A DNA stretch of 64,000 bases from Dehalococcoidia bacterium. GTDB taxonomy: Bacteria > Chloroflexota > Dehalococcoidia > Plut-88900. Each line of letters starts with the position of its first letter. Positions within the stretch are counted from its first letter, which is position 1. Position numbers and translations under genes: made by a program. This document shows, piece by piece, positions 37,755 to 47,120 of the stretch. The notes below the pieces were generated by a model. The model ran no database searches. It saw only the letters and a program-made list of their open reading frames with translations, and was not told the origin of the DNA. The DNA is taken from contig OZ240215.1 in assembly GCA_965197585.1 (NCBI GenBank), positions 608,001 through 672,000 on the forward strand, in the 5' to 3' direction.

Positions 37755-39193
37755 CCGCTGCCCCCCGAGTGTGCACCCAATTCCTTTTCACCGGATCCAC
37801 GCCTTCGCAGAATTCGGCGTGCGAATTGTCCGCTGCCTCCCCCCAGCGCCGGCCCCCTCATAAGCATCAGAAAGGCTCCGAACATGCAAACCATAAACAT
37901 CCCGGAAGGCAAAGCATAGCTATCGTTCAATTCATACATATTGCCGATTACGGTCGGGCCCGCGGCCATCCCGAAAAGCGCAAAGCTGCCCAATGCGCCC
38001 GATATCGCTCCCACGTTCCTTATCCCGAAATTCGAGGCTGCCACTATCGGAACTATGGCGCTGAACGCCGTTCCCGCACTGGCCAGGATAAGGGGTATCA
38101 ATAATCCCATGAATCTCGGCGCATCCAGGAAGACCACACTGAACATCACAGTCGGGGCCATCATAGCTCCGATGGTGGCCGTGCCCAGGATAGCCTTGAT
38201 GGGGACCTTGTCGCTAAGGTACGCGTACAAGAACTTGCTGAAGATCACCATCCCGCCGTTGGCCGCAAGCAGAGCCGATGCCACCTCAGGTACATAGCCG
38301 AGGTCTCCCAGGAAAGGCTGGGTCTGGGTGAAGGTTCCGAAGGAGCTGCATAACGCCACGAAGAACAGCACACCGATTATCCAAAACTTCAGCGTTTTGG
38401 CTGCCTGGCTTAGTGCCACCCCGGGTAATGAGGCGGAGGGTGGTGTTTCCGAGCGCGCACGTCTTTCTTCAAGGGAGGGAACAACTTCCGGGTCGCCGTC
38501 GGGGCGCAGACCCATGGACTGCGGGTCTCTGCGGACAACGAATATGCTTATGGGAATTTGCAGGGCCCACACGGTGATGGCCAATATGCTAGTGGTAGTC
38601 TGCCAGCTGTACAGCTCTATGAAGGCTGTGGCCAAAGGAATGGTGATCAGCCCCCCGGCTCCGATGCCCGTATACGTAATCGCTATCGCAAGACTCCGCC
38701 TGCGCTCGAACCATCGGGCTATGAGTACGTTGACCGGCACGGCCACGCAGAAGGCGAACCCCAGGGCGGCGATCATCATCGTCGCATACAGTTCCCAGGG
38801 CTCGGAGATCCAGCGGAGCAGGAACACCCCTACCCCCAACATCACTCCCCCGAACAACATAACGGGCTGCGAGCCGTACTTGTCGGTAATCTTGCCTGCG
38901 CCGGGCGAGGCTAGAGCCACAGCCAGAAGGCTAAGTGAGAACGCGTTGGAGATGGTGCCGCGGCCCCAGCCAAAGGTGTCGGACCAGGACTCGAAGAAAA
39001 TGAGGGGCGCAGAGAAGAGGATACCGTAGCCGAGGGTAAGGGCGATCCATCCGCAGACGACCATGTACCAGCCATAGAAGATCCTGGGTCTCCTGATTGC
39101 TGCTTCGGCGCCCGGGCCTGCCCCTTTTGCCAGCGAGGGGCCCGGGCCTGGGAGAAGCCCCGGGTCTTGGCTTTCTGCAGAGGTCTCGGCCAT
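37751..39193 (-). CDS. MFS transporter; start probably ATG 39193
   Basis: IFYGW, GKITDKYG, WFERRR, ~12 hydrophobic segments. Confidence 0.9.
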   Translation of the reverse strand: MAETSAESQDPGLLPGPGPSLAKGAGPGAEAAIRRPRIFYGWYMVVCGWIALTLGYGILFSAPLIFFESWSDTFGWGRGTISNAFSLSLLAVALASPGAGKITDKYGSQPVMLFGGVMLGVGVFLLRWISEPWELYATMMIAALGFAFCVAVPVNVLIARWFERRRSLAIAITYTGIGAGGLITIPLATAFIELYSWQTTTSILAITVWALQIPISIFVVRRDPQSMGLRPDGDPEVVPSLEERRARSETPPSASLPGVALSQAAKTLKFWIIGVLFFVALCSSFGTFTQTQPFLGDLGYVPEVASALLAANGGMVIFSKFLYAYLSDKVPIKAILGTATIGAMMAPTVMFSVVFLDAPRFMGLLIPLILASAGTAFSAIVPIVAASNFGIRNVGAISGALGSFALFGMAAGPTVIGNMYELNDSYALPSGMFMVCMFGAFLMLMRGPALGGGSGQFARRILRRRGSGEKELGAHSGGSG

Positions 39194-39300
39194 GCCAATA
39201 AGGTTAACTCCAACATCGGGGCTAGTCCACACGCGAACTGCTTTCCCCATCCGTGGCTCCCCCTGCTAAAATGTCTCCACACTGGACTTGGAGTTGCACC

Positions 39301-40236
39301 ATCAGCATAGTCATTGGGAAACGGACCAAGGTCGGAATAGCAGTCCCCCAGACCTTCCCCGATGGTCCTTTCGACATTTCCGTAATCGAAGAGAACCTGA
39401 AACTGATCGAGTCCCTGGGCTTCGAAAGCGTGTGGACCCACGACCAGGCCATAGGCGCCATCCAGACTCTTGACCCCTTCGTCCTGCTGGCCTACGCCGC
39501 CCGGCACACGACCAAGGTAAAGCTCGGCATATCCGTCATCGTCACTCCTTATCGCAGCCCCGTTCATCTGGCAAAGTCGGGCGCGAGTATCGACCAGATC
39601 AGCGGTGGACGCTTCATCATGGGCCTGGGAATCGGCAGCGATATCGAGGTCTACCCCGCTTTCGGCATCACCCCAGAGGCCCGAGCCACTCGCTTTGAAG
39701 AGCAAATCGAGGTTATCAAGGCACTCTGGACTCAGCCGGAAGTTACCTTCAAAGGCAGGTTCCTGGACCTGGACGGGGTAACTATCGCCCCAAAGCCCTT
39801 ACAGCAGCCCCGTGCCCCGATATGGATCGGGGGTCACGCCAAGGGGGCATTGGTACGAGCCGTGAAGTACGCCGACGCATGGATGGGTGCGGGAGCGTCT
39901 ACCATCGCCGATTTCAAAGACCAAATCGTCTTCGTGCGCGGACTTTTGGAAAAGGAGGGTCGCGACCCGGCCCACTTCCCAATATCCAAGCGCATATTCA
40001 TCGGCATTGGACCAGACAGGGAGTCGGTGGGCCGAAAGATGAGTCAGTGGTTCGGAGAGTATTATCACGACTCCGAGCTTGCAGGTCGGGTGGCGGTGTA
40101 CGGGCCCGTGCAGCAGGTGATTGAAGAGCTGGCTACCGTGGTAGAAGAGGACTTGGATATGCTCATGCTCAACCCCGTCTACGACCCCACAGAGCAGACT
40201 CACATCCTCGCCGAGGACGTGCTCCCTAAACTCTAG
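39301..40236 (+). CDS. LLM-class oxidoreductase, close paralog of 22055-22984; start uncertain (ATC 39301, ATA 39307 or ATG 39271)
   Basis: TKVGIAVPQ, PVHLAK..ASIDQISGGR, PKPLQ, WMGAG, C-terminal LPKL. Confidence 0.9.
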   Translation: MSIVIGKRTKVGIAVPQTFPDGPFDISVIEENLKLIESLGFESVWTHDQAIGAIQTLDPFVLLAYAARHTTKVKLGISVIVTPYRSPVHLAKSGASIDQISGGRFIMGLGIGSDIEVYPAFGITPEARATRFEEQIEVIKALWTQPEVTFKGRFLDLDGVTIAPKPLQQPRAPIWIGGHAKGALVRAVKYADAWMGAGASTIADFKDQIVFVRGLLEKEGRDPAHFPISKRIFIGIGPDRESVGRKMSQWFGEYYHDSELAGRVAVYGPVQQVIEELATVVEEDLDMLMLNPVYDPTEQTHILAEDVLPKL

Positions 40237-40244
40237 TGTCTGCA

Positions 40245-40273
40245 TTGACACGCTTGCTGTCCACTCATAAACT
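40245..40273 (+). promoter_or_regulatory. sigma70-like promoter of the DsbA selenoprotein gene
   Basis: TTGACA-17 bp-TAAACT. Confidence 0.65.
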
Positions 40274-40316
40274 CGCCCCGAGGCCCGGCTCCTTAGAAAC
40301 AAGCAGGTGATTTCAC

Positions 40317-40952
40317 ATGGATCCCGTTAAAGTACAGATCTTCTCCGACTACATCTGACCCTGGTGCTACATCGGCCTGGAACGGACCGAAAGATTGGCT
40401 GAAGAATACGACGTTGATGTCGAGTGGCTGGCCTTCGAGCTGGTGCCCGGCACCCCGCCCGAGGGCACACCCCGGCCCTTCAAGGAGGGTGAGACCTCCG
40501 ACCTCCGAGGTCACATGAAGGACTCCGCCGAGGAGGCGGGCCTTACCAAGATGCGCCGGCAACAGGTCACTCCCTACACCATCCCCGCCTTTGAGGCCAG
40601 CGAGTTTGCCAAAGAGCAGGACAAGTTCGATGACTTCCATAAGGCAGTCTTCAGGGCATTCTGGGAAGAGGGCCGCAACATAGGCGTCGACGACGTCTTA
40701 AAGGACATCTTCGAAGAGTGCGGCATGGACTGGGAGGAGTACGAGTCGACTGGAGGCGGAGAGAACTACCGACCCACGGTCGCAAACCAGCTGATGCAGG
40801 CCCGGGCCTACGGCATTTCGGGTGTACCTGCCTTCATCCTGGACCGCTATCTGATCTCCGGCGCGCAGCCCTACGAGGTGTTCCAGCAGGTCATGCAGCG
40901 CATTGACCAGGACCGCCGCAAGCAGGGCCTCTGGGTCCCGGGGCAGGAGTAG
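40317..40952 (+). CDS. DsbA/FrnE-family oxidoreductase, selenoprotein (TGA 40356-40358 read as Sec)
   Basis: MDPVKVQIFSDYI-TGA-PWCYIG is in frame with the 40395 ORF (W..FEL, GISGVPAF, ISGAQP); family motif is SDxxCPWC. Confidence 0.9.
40372..40390 (+). promoter_or_regulatory. Putative bacterial SECIS hairpin
   Basis: TCGGcCT-GGAAC-GGaCCGA stem-loop beginning 13 nt after the TGA, with G at the start of the apical loop. Confidence 0.65.
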
Positions 40953-40958
40953 GTCTCT

Positions 40959-41735
40959 CTACCCCACCACCCCCACCCCATCCCCGACACTCACACTCCC
41001 CGGCCTCGAAACTGTGCCATAGACGCCGAAATAGGCGGCTTGTGGGTCGGGGCGGTAGCTCAGGATTACGCGGAGGGTGTTCATGTCACGCTCCCCCGTG
41101 TCAGGGTCATGGGTGGTTATGGCGCACCTCGGGTCCCTGGCCACGACCTTTACCCGCACCTCCGGCCCTACCGACACCTCTTCCCCTACCCATGAGTCCT
41201 CCTCGTGGGGCGTCGAGTTCTCGATGAAGAAGGTCGGGCGGAATCGCCGGTTGTCCATGGGCTTCGACACCCCTTCCTGCCCTCCCAGGAAGTCCAGCGA
41301 CGCCTGAGACAGTATGGAAATCGGGTATGTGTCCTGGCATTGGCCGGGCTTGTCGGACTTTATCAGCCGGATGTCGGCGCCGCAGAAGTGTGACAGAGCT
41401 TCGCAGAAGCTGCCCCCCACCACCCTGCCCCCGACCATGCGCCCGAATATGAACGTCTTCACCGTGTCCTCCGGCTCGGGCTTCCCTTCGATGGTGGAGC
41501 CGTCGGGAAAAGTCAGGGACAACCGCTCGGGGTGTAGCTGGTACTCGGCTTTGACCTGCACCATCCTGCTGATCTGACGCTGAGTCATTAGCCGTCCAGC
41601 CGCGTCGATGACGTGGAACCGCCGGTCTTCTATGATTCCTTCCTTACTAACGTGCACCGTTTGTGGGTGGCACAATCCCAGCGATTTTACGGGAGCGATA
41701 TTCAGTGCTTGTAGAGTGAGGGATTCGCTGCTCAT
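40959..41735 (-). CDS. MOSC-domain protein; start ATG 41735
   Basis: IAPVKS, EDRRF, RRFRP, PRCAITT.DP.TG, FGVYG...PG.VSVGD. Confidence 0.9.
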   Translation of the reverse strand: MSSESLTLQALNIAPVKSLGLCHPQTVHVSKEGIIEDRRFHVIDAAGRLMTQRQISRMVQVKAEYQLHPERLSLTFPDGSTIEGKPEPEDTVKTFIFGRMVGGRVVGGSFCEALSHFCGADIRLIKSDKPGQCQDTYPISILSQASLDFLGGQEGVSKPMDNRRFRPTFFIENSTPHEEDSWVGEEVSVGPEVRVKVVARDPRCAITTHDPDTGERDMNTLRVILSYRPDPQAAYFGVYGTVSRPGSVSVGDGVGVVG

Positions 41736-41813
41736 AGTTATTCGACTCGGCTCCTGATTTCGTTTCGGTTGCCCATAGACTCGACTCTCAGTATCATCAC
41801 CGCCGGTGGAACT

Positions 41814-42914
41814 TTGCACGCAATAGTAATAGGCGCCGGCGTGATCGGCGCTTCAATAGCTTACTATCTCAGCGCAGCGGGCGCACGCGTCACCGTGATC
41901 GAGCGTGGCAGGCCGGGTGGAGGGACTTCGGGGACGTCGACAGCCTACGTGAACGCCGTCCTAAAGCGGCCCGAGCATTACCACCGCTTCAGCCGTTTGG
42001 GTGTCGAGGCGTACGACCAACTGGAAGAAGAGCTGGGGCCAAACAGCGGAATCGGGTCTCGGGGAGCGCTCCATTGGCCCGGGTCGATGCCCGGTAGCCT
42101 TCGGACTTTCGACCGTACCCTTGCAGAGTTGGAAGAGTGGGATTACCCCCATGAAGTCCTTTCCCCGCAACAGGCTTCCAAGATTGAGCCCAACGTCCGA
42201 GTCAAAGACCACTCCGGCCCAGTCCTCTATCTCCCCAACGAACGTTGGGTAGAAGGCGAGACCCTGGCCCGTACCCTATGTGACAGGGCCGTCGATATGG
42301 GCGCTAGGCTCATGGACTCATGCCCGGTAATCGAGATAGTCTCTTCCGGTGGACGGGCCACGGGCGTTGATACCGGCCTTGGGTTCGTGGCTGGGGACCA
42401 GGTCGTCGTGGCGGCTGGTGTGTCGAGCGTGGGTATTCTGGCCCCCTTGGGCTATCGACTTCCATTGGGTCGCTCGGTTGGCGTGTTAGTCAAGTTTCGC
42501 CCCCCGACCCCCCTGCTCAACGGCGTTGTATATCCCGGCAAATACCACTGCCGCCCGACTGAGGGAGGTGGCGTCATAATCGGCAGCGACGATTTCGATA
42601 TCATGGCCGACGAGTACACCGATACTTCAAAGCCTCCCTCATGGCTCTACGGCCTCCGCGACATCGCCGCCCAGGACATACGCGGCCTCGGTTCCCTGCC
42701 CATCGAAGAATTCCGCATCGGCCTCCGGCCCTTGCCCTCCGACGGCCTCCCGCTAATCGGACCAGTTCCCGGCGTGGAGGGCGTCTATGCCGCGGTCATG
42801 CACAGCGGCATAACACTAGCAGCGATAGTTGGCCGTACGGTGGCGGAGGAGGTGGGGCGGGGGGAGGAGTTGGGGGTGGTGGGGGGGTATCGGTTGGACA
42901 GATCCATCTCGTAG
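41814..42914 (+). CDS. FAD-dependent oxidoreductase (DAO/glycine oxidase family); start TTG 41814
   Basis: IVIGAGVIG, VVAAG, GLRPLPSDGLP.IG, HSGITLA. Confidence 0.9.
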   Translation: MHAIVIGAGVIGASIAYYLSAAGARVTVIERGRPGGGTSGTSTAYVNAVLKRPEHYHRFSRLGVEAYDQLEEELGPNSGIGSRGALHWPGSMPGSLRTFDRTLAELEEWDYPHEVLSPQQASKIEPNVRVKDHSGPVLYLPNERWVEGETLARTLCDRAVDMGARLMDSCPVIEIVSSGGRATGVDTGLGFVAGDQVVVAAGVSSVGILAPLGYRLPLGRSVGVLVKFRPPTPLLNGVVYPGKYHCRPTEGGGVIIGSDDFDIMADEYTDTSKPPSWLYGLRDIAAQDIRGLGSLPIEEFRIGLRPLPSDGLPLIGPVPGVEGVYAAVMHSGITLAAIVGRTVAEEVGRGEELGVVGGYRLDRSIS

Positions 42915-42939
42915 ATGAGTATCAATCGCACCTCACTTC

Positions 42940-43350
42940 TTAAATTAAGAGAGTTGCGAACCCAGCTTGCTCGAAATTGTGGTCTTCAGCCAAGGCCTCC
43001 CAAATGCACCTTTGCCTCATCAGCACAAAACTCGCACAATCGGTTAGGCTCCAGTGTTGATCAGATCGTGAAGCGTACAGATCTAAGGCAGCCTCAAACT
43101 GATTGCTTGTCTGTGGGACAACTTCTACGTTAGGCTCGATTTTCAAGCTAGTGACCGTCTCTGCAGCACGTTGCCTTAGTTGCTGCCCTCCGGCGCTTAT
43201 GTAAGTCAGGAATTCAACTAATACCATTTCTGTGGTAACAATACGGAAAGGGGCAAGTTGTGTAGCCAGTCGCTTCGCCTTTTCATGCAGGGTGTCTCGG
43301 GGATTCAGCAGTGCAATCCAGTATCCAGTGTCAGCAAAAACCGTTTTCAC
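42940..43350 (-). CDS. vapC: PIN-domain (VapC) toxin
   Basis: VFADTGYWIAL, VLVE, SLTDCASF, EDHNFEQAGF. Confidence 0.92.
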   Translation of the reverse strand: MKTVFADTGYWIALLNPRDTLHEKAKRLATQLAPFRIVTTEMVLVEFLTYISAGGQQLRQRAAETVTSLKIEPNVEVVPQTSNQFEAALDLYASRSDQHWSLTDCASFVLMRQRCIWEALAEDHNFEQAGFATLLI

Positions 43351-43356
43351 TTGGGC

Positions 43357-44748
43357 CTATTCCTTTGGCCAGCCGTAAAGATAATGTTTGTAGTTCCTTG
43401 CACCGTCGGACGGTAGGCTATCGAATGCGCCGGCCGGAATGGATTCTCGGATTTTCCGGACCGTTTCCAAGACTGACAACCCTGCGTCTGGCTTTGATAT
43501 AGTTTCTTCGATGCTGACCATGTCTACAATGTCTTCCGGTGCCTTGAGCCCAGTTCGTTGCTGGAAGTCGTTAACGTCACGATAACTGGCACGGAAAGCT
43601 GTAACCAGATTCGCCCCCATATTACTGGCACTGATCAGGTCTGTCCGGGCTTTTCCCCATTCTCCGATTACCATAAAACCAATCCCGCGATTGGTGAAGG
43701 CTGCCTTGTTTGGCCTTAGAGTTAGCGCCTTGTCGAAATCTTGCATTGCACGGGCATGGTTGCCCTTTCTTAGATATGCAACTCCGCGATCGTTATATGC
43801 GTTGCAATTGTTCGGGTCTAGGGCCAATGCCTTGTCTATGTCACGGATGGCTTGGTCTAGGTTGCCTTTATCCGAATGTGCCGAGCCGCGCCAAACGTAT
43901 AAGAAGACACGGTTGGGGTCCAATTCTAATGCCCTATCGAGGTCTCGGATCACCCAGTCCAACTCACCTTTCCTGGCGAACGCAATCGCGCGTGCATAGT
44001 AGGCATAGATGTAGCCGGGGTCTAGGACTATCGACTCTCCAAAGTCCTCTATAGCTTTGTCCAAGTCGCCTTTTTTGCTGTGAGCTATTCCTCGCTCTAG
44101 ATAGAGGTAGGGGTCGCGTCTGTCCAGAGCCAAAGCTTTCTCGAAGTAAGTTATGGCGCGCTCATAGTTGGCTAGAAGGGAGTGAACGCTGCCAATGCTT
44201 ACGTAGGAGGTTGCATTATTGGGGTCTAGAGCTAACGCTTTTTCGTAATCCCGAATGGCGTGATCATAATCCGATTTGTGTATGTAGGAGTGACCACGAT
44301 AATTATAGGCTTCTATGTTGCGCGGATTTAGATCCAACGCATTGGAGTAGTCTTTTATGGCTCGGTTGTAATCACCTTTCTTAAAGTAGATGTTGCCACG
44401 ATTGTGATGCGCTTGCGATGAGGGCGCTAGATTTAAACTCGTGCTGAAATCTTGTAGCGCCAAGTCCAGATTGCCTATGCTTTCATAGGCAACTCCACGG
44501 TTCACATATAAGCCTGCTATATCCGGACAAAGTTCAATTGCCTTAGTGTAATAGGATATTGCTCCTTGGTAGTCATGCGTTTCCTGGCAAGACCAAGCTT
44601 GGTCAATTATATCGTCGTATGTGCCTACTACCTCTCCTGAACTGTGACGAATGCCAGCCAGATCGATGATTTTGGCCTGGGCGCTCTGATTGGGAGGGAA
44701 CCTTCCCTCGACTCTATAGATTGGCGTGATGGTCTCTGCAGTTACCAT
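43357..44748 (-). CDS. Tetratricopeptide-repeat protein with a C-terminal antitoxin-like tail
   Basis: ~10 TPRs (AYxNRG...A..D..KAL.LDP); ends VLETVRKIRESIPAGAFDSLPSDGARNYKHYLYGWPKE. Confidence 0.9.
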   Translation of the reverse strand: MVTAETITPIYRVEGRFPPNQSAQAKIIDLAGIRHSSGEVVGTYDDIIDQAWSCQETHDYQGAISYYTKAIELCPDIAGLYVNRGVAYESIGNLDLALQDFSTSLNLAPSSQAHHNRGNIYFKKGDYNRAIKDYSNALDLNPRNIEAYNYRGHSYIHKSDYDHAIRDYEKALALDPNNATSYVSIGSVHSLLANYERAITYFEKALALDRRDPYLYLERGIAHSKKGDLDKAIEDFGESIVLDPGYIYAYYARAIAFARKGELDWVIRDLDRALELDPNRVFLYVWRGSAHSDKGNLDQAIRDIDKALALDPNNCNAYNDRGVAYLRKGNHARAMQDFDKALTLRPNKAAFTNRGIGFMVIGEWGKARTDLISASNMGANLVTAFRASYRDVNDFQQRTGLKAPEDIVDMVSIEETISKPDAGLSVLETVRKIRESIPAGAFDSLPSDGARNYKHYLYGWPKE

Positions 44749-44820
44749 TTCTCACCTTACTTGCAGGATTAACTGCGAATACGTTAAGCAATTGTACAGC
44801 ATGGAAAGGAGAACGGGGCG

Positions 44821-46077
44821 CTATCTGCTCATTCGCTCAGCTTTAACTTCGCCCGGCACCCGAGGCTGTCTCAGCAGCATCACAAATACCGCTGTTGCCA
44901 CCAGTGCCCCGACGCATATGTAGTAGAACAGCCGGTAGGAGTCCTGCGCGTCGGCTATTCCCCCGGCCATGATCGGGCCGGCTACCCCTCCCGCCGTGGA
45001 CAAAAGCCGGAGCCCGCCTTGTATCGTGCCGAAGTTCCGGGCCCCGAACAGGTCGGCCTGCAGCGCCGACCGCACCGGTATCACCCCACCCGACCCCACC
45101 CCATAGAAAAATGACCCTGCTATAGCCAGCAAAGGTGTCGCAAGGTTGGCTAACAGCACCAACCCCATAGCTTGGATTGCCAGACTGACCACCACTACAG
45201 CCTTCTTATCGACGAAATCTGACAGCGATCCCATCCCCAGCCGACCTATCACGCTGAATAGCGGTACCCCCGCGGCCGCTGCGCCCGCCACGGTCAACGA
45301 TACGTTTCCATCCAGCTTCAGTGCAGAGATCAACTGGGAGATTACCGCCCCGTGGACCAGCGTCCACAGCGTAAACACAGCCCCCAGGTACCAGAAGGTC
45401 CGCGTGGATAAAGCCTCCTTGAAACGAAAGTCGACCTCCGTGCGTCTGGAGTAGACGGGGGAATTAGTTCCTGCCACGTCGCCGTCGGGCAGGAGTCCAT
45501 ATTGCTCAGGCCGATGCCTGAATACCAGGGCTAGCGGCAGGATGACCGCCCATGATGCAATACCCAACACTTGTACCGTGGTCCGCCACCCAAACTGGGA
45601 AATAAGCACCACGAGCAGGTAAACCATGATCCCGCTGAACGCCGAGCCCAGCGAGATGATCCCCATGCTCCGGCCTCTCTTTCGGCGAAACCACTGGGCC
45701 GCAGCAATATATGTAACGATTGGGTTGCACCCGCTGGACCCTACGGAGATGACCAGGAACATAACGTAGAACATCCCCAGCCCATCTATGTAGCCCAGAA
45801 GGAGAAACCCGACCCCGTAGATAACCCCGCCCACCATGATGACTCGCCTCGGGCCCAGCTTGTCGACCAGCACGCCCACCACCGGCGCAGCTATCCCGCT
45901 CTCCCCTTGCTGCAACGCAAAGGCCACAGAGGTCAGGGCTCTCGACCACCCGAACTCCTCGATAATCGGGTCGAACAGCGCCGAGAATCCATAGAAGAAT
46001 GCCCCCGTAATGATCGACACCGGTATTGAGCCGATGACGATCCACCATCCGTAGAACAATTTGGGTCTGGGAGTTAT
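44821..46077 (-). CDS. MFS transporter; start ATA 46077 or TTG 46059
   Basis: LFYGW, GVLVDKLGPR, WFRRKRG, LSDFVD, FGARNFG. Confidence 0.9.
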   Translation of the reverse strand: MTPRPKLFYGWWIVIGSIPVSIITGAFFYGFSALFDPIIEEFGWSRALTSVAFALQQGESGIAAPVVGVLVDKLGPRRVIMVGGVIYGVGFLLLGYIDGLGMFYVMFLVISVGSSGCNPIVTYIAAAQWFRRKRGRSMGIISLGSAFSGIMVYLLVVLISQFGWRTTVQVLGIASWAVILPLALVFRHRPEQYGLLPDGDVAGTNSPVYSRRTEVDFRFKEALSTRTFWYLGAVFTLWTLVHGAVISQLISALKLDGNVSLTVAGAAAAGVPLFSVIGRLGMGSLSDFVDKKAVVVVSLAIQAMGLVLLANLATPLLAIAGSFFYGVGSGGVIPVRSALQADLFGARNFGTIQGGLRLLSTAGGVAGPIMAGGIADAQDSYRLFYYICVGALVATAVFVMLLRQPRVPGEVKAERMSR

Positions 46078-46111
46078 TGGGCCATCCTCCGCTCGGTCTT
46101 TTCCCTTATCC

Positions 46112-46969
46112 TCAGGCAGTATTTTGGTGGTTGGAAGGGCGAATTGCTTCTTCCCGATTGACCCGCGCCTGTGTCATCCCTGCTTCCAAAGTTTGGGCGT
46201 AGATCGACTCCACGTAATTACGTCTGAGCACCGCAATCCCCGATTCCGTCAGACTCCTGGGAATAGAGTACTCCTCCATCATCCCCTCTAATGCTATAGG
46301 GCTGGCGTCCTGTGTCTTCAGGCATCTCGCCATCGACTCCAGAGTGCTTAGCGTTATAGCCTGCGCTTCCGCACTGGTAAACCCGTTGGCAGACCCGAAC
46401 TCTACGAAGGCCTTGAGCACCGGCCATATAAACGTTTGACCCGCCGCGTGGAGCAATACGAACGTGTCCATCGCCTCCTCCCGGATGGTGATGACATGTT
46501 CGCAAAAGCGGCCCCAATAGGATTCCAGGTCTCGGATACGCTCCGGGTCCGAACCCGGTTCGGGGCAGAGGGCCAGGTAGCCCAGCCTCAGTGACATATA
46601 CGATGTCGGGAAGACCCAGGCCAGGGTGCATTTGGAAGACAGATACCGGCGGTAGAATGACAGGGGCAGCGATGCAGCGCCCGCGGCGACTATCTGCCCG
46701 TCCCCGATCCCCGGACCGATCTCCTCCATCAGAACCCCCATCTGATCGGGCCTGACAAGCGGATAGATTACATCGGCTCCTTCGCATGCCTCCCGGTTGT
46801 CGGCGTAGACAGTAATACCGTATTTCTCTCGGAGCTCTGCACACCGCTCCGGCCGTCTGTGGGAGGCAACCAACTCGACTCCCTGCGCTCGTTCCTCGGG
46901 CCCGGTCATTGCCGCCAACATAACCTCCCCGAACCCGCCCGCGCCGATAATTGCCACTCGTCGAATCAT
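46112..46969 (-). CDS. Pyrroline-5-carboxylate reductase-like protein (divergent)
   Basis: IIGAGGFG Rossmann motif, VRPDQ, and a ProC-like C-terminal arrangement with degenerate SPGGTT (PRSLT). Confidence 0.7.
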   Translation of the reverse strand: MIRRVAIIGAGGFGEVMLAAMTGPEERAQGVELVASHRRPERCAELREKYGITVYADNREACEGADVIYPLVRPDQMGVLMEEIGPGIGDGQIVAAGAASLPLSFYRRYLSSKCTLAWVFPTSYMSLRLGYLALCPEPGSDPERIRDLESYWGRFCEHVITIREEAMDTFVLLHAAGQTFIWPVLKAFVEFGSANGFTSAEAQAITLSTLESMARCLKTQDASPIALEGMMEEYSIPRSLTESGIAVLRRNYVESIYAQTLEAGMTQARVNREEAIRPSNHQNTA

Positions 46970-47120
46970 TGGATCTTTCACTTTCCCTTGCATTAAGAGT
47001 CCGGCAATGGGCAAAGCCGGCACCGGCCATTCTACCGCCCGGCTCCCTTCCTCGTCTTTCCGTATCCCTCCCCCGACTTGCACATCATCCCGGCATTTCC
47101 GCTACTATGGCCCATCTCCG

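Noticed and set aside
40395-40952. 185-aa DsbA ORF as listed in the track
   Set aside because: Lacks the CxxC active site; the true gene starts at 40317 with TGA read-through.
42851-42887. G-run cluster as a functional G-quadruplex (also the C-run at 40961-40985)
   Set aside because: Lies in Gly/Val/Glu-rich C-terminal codons; no independent evidence of function.
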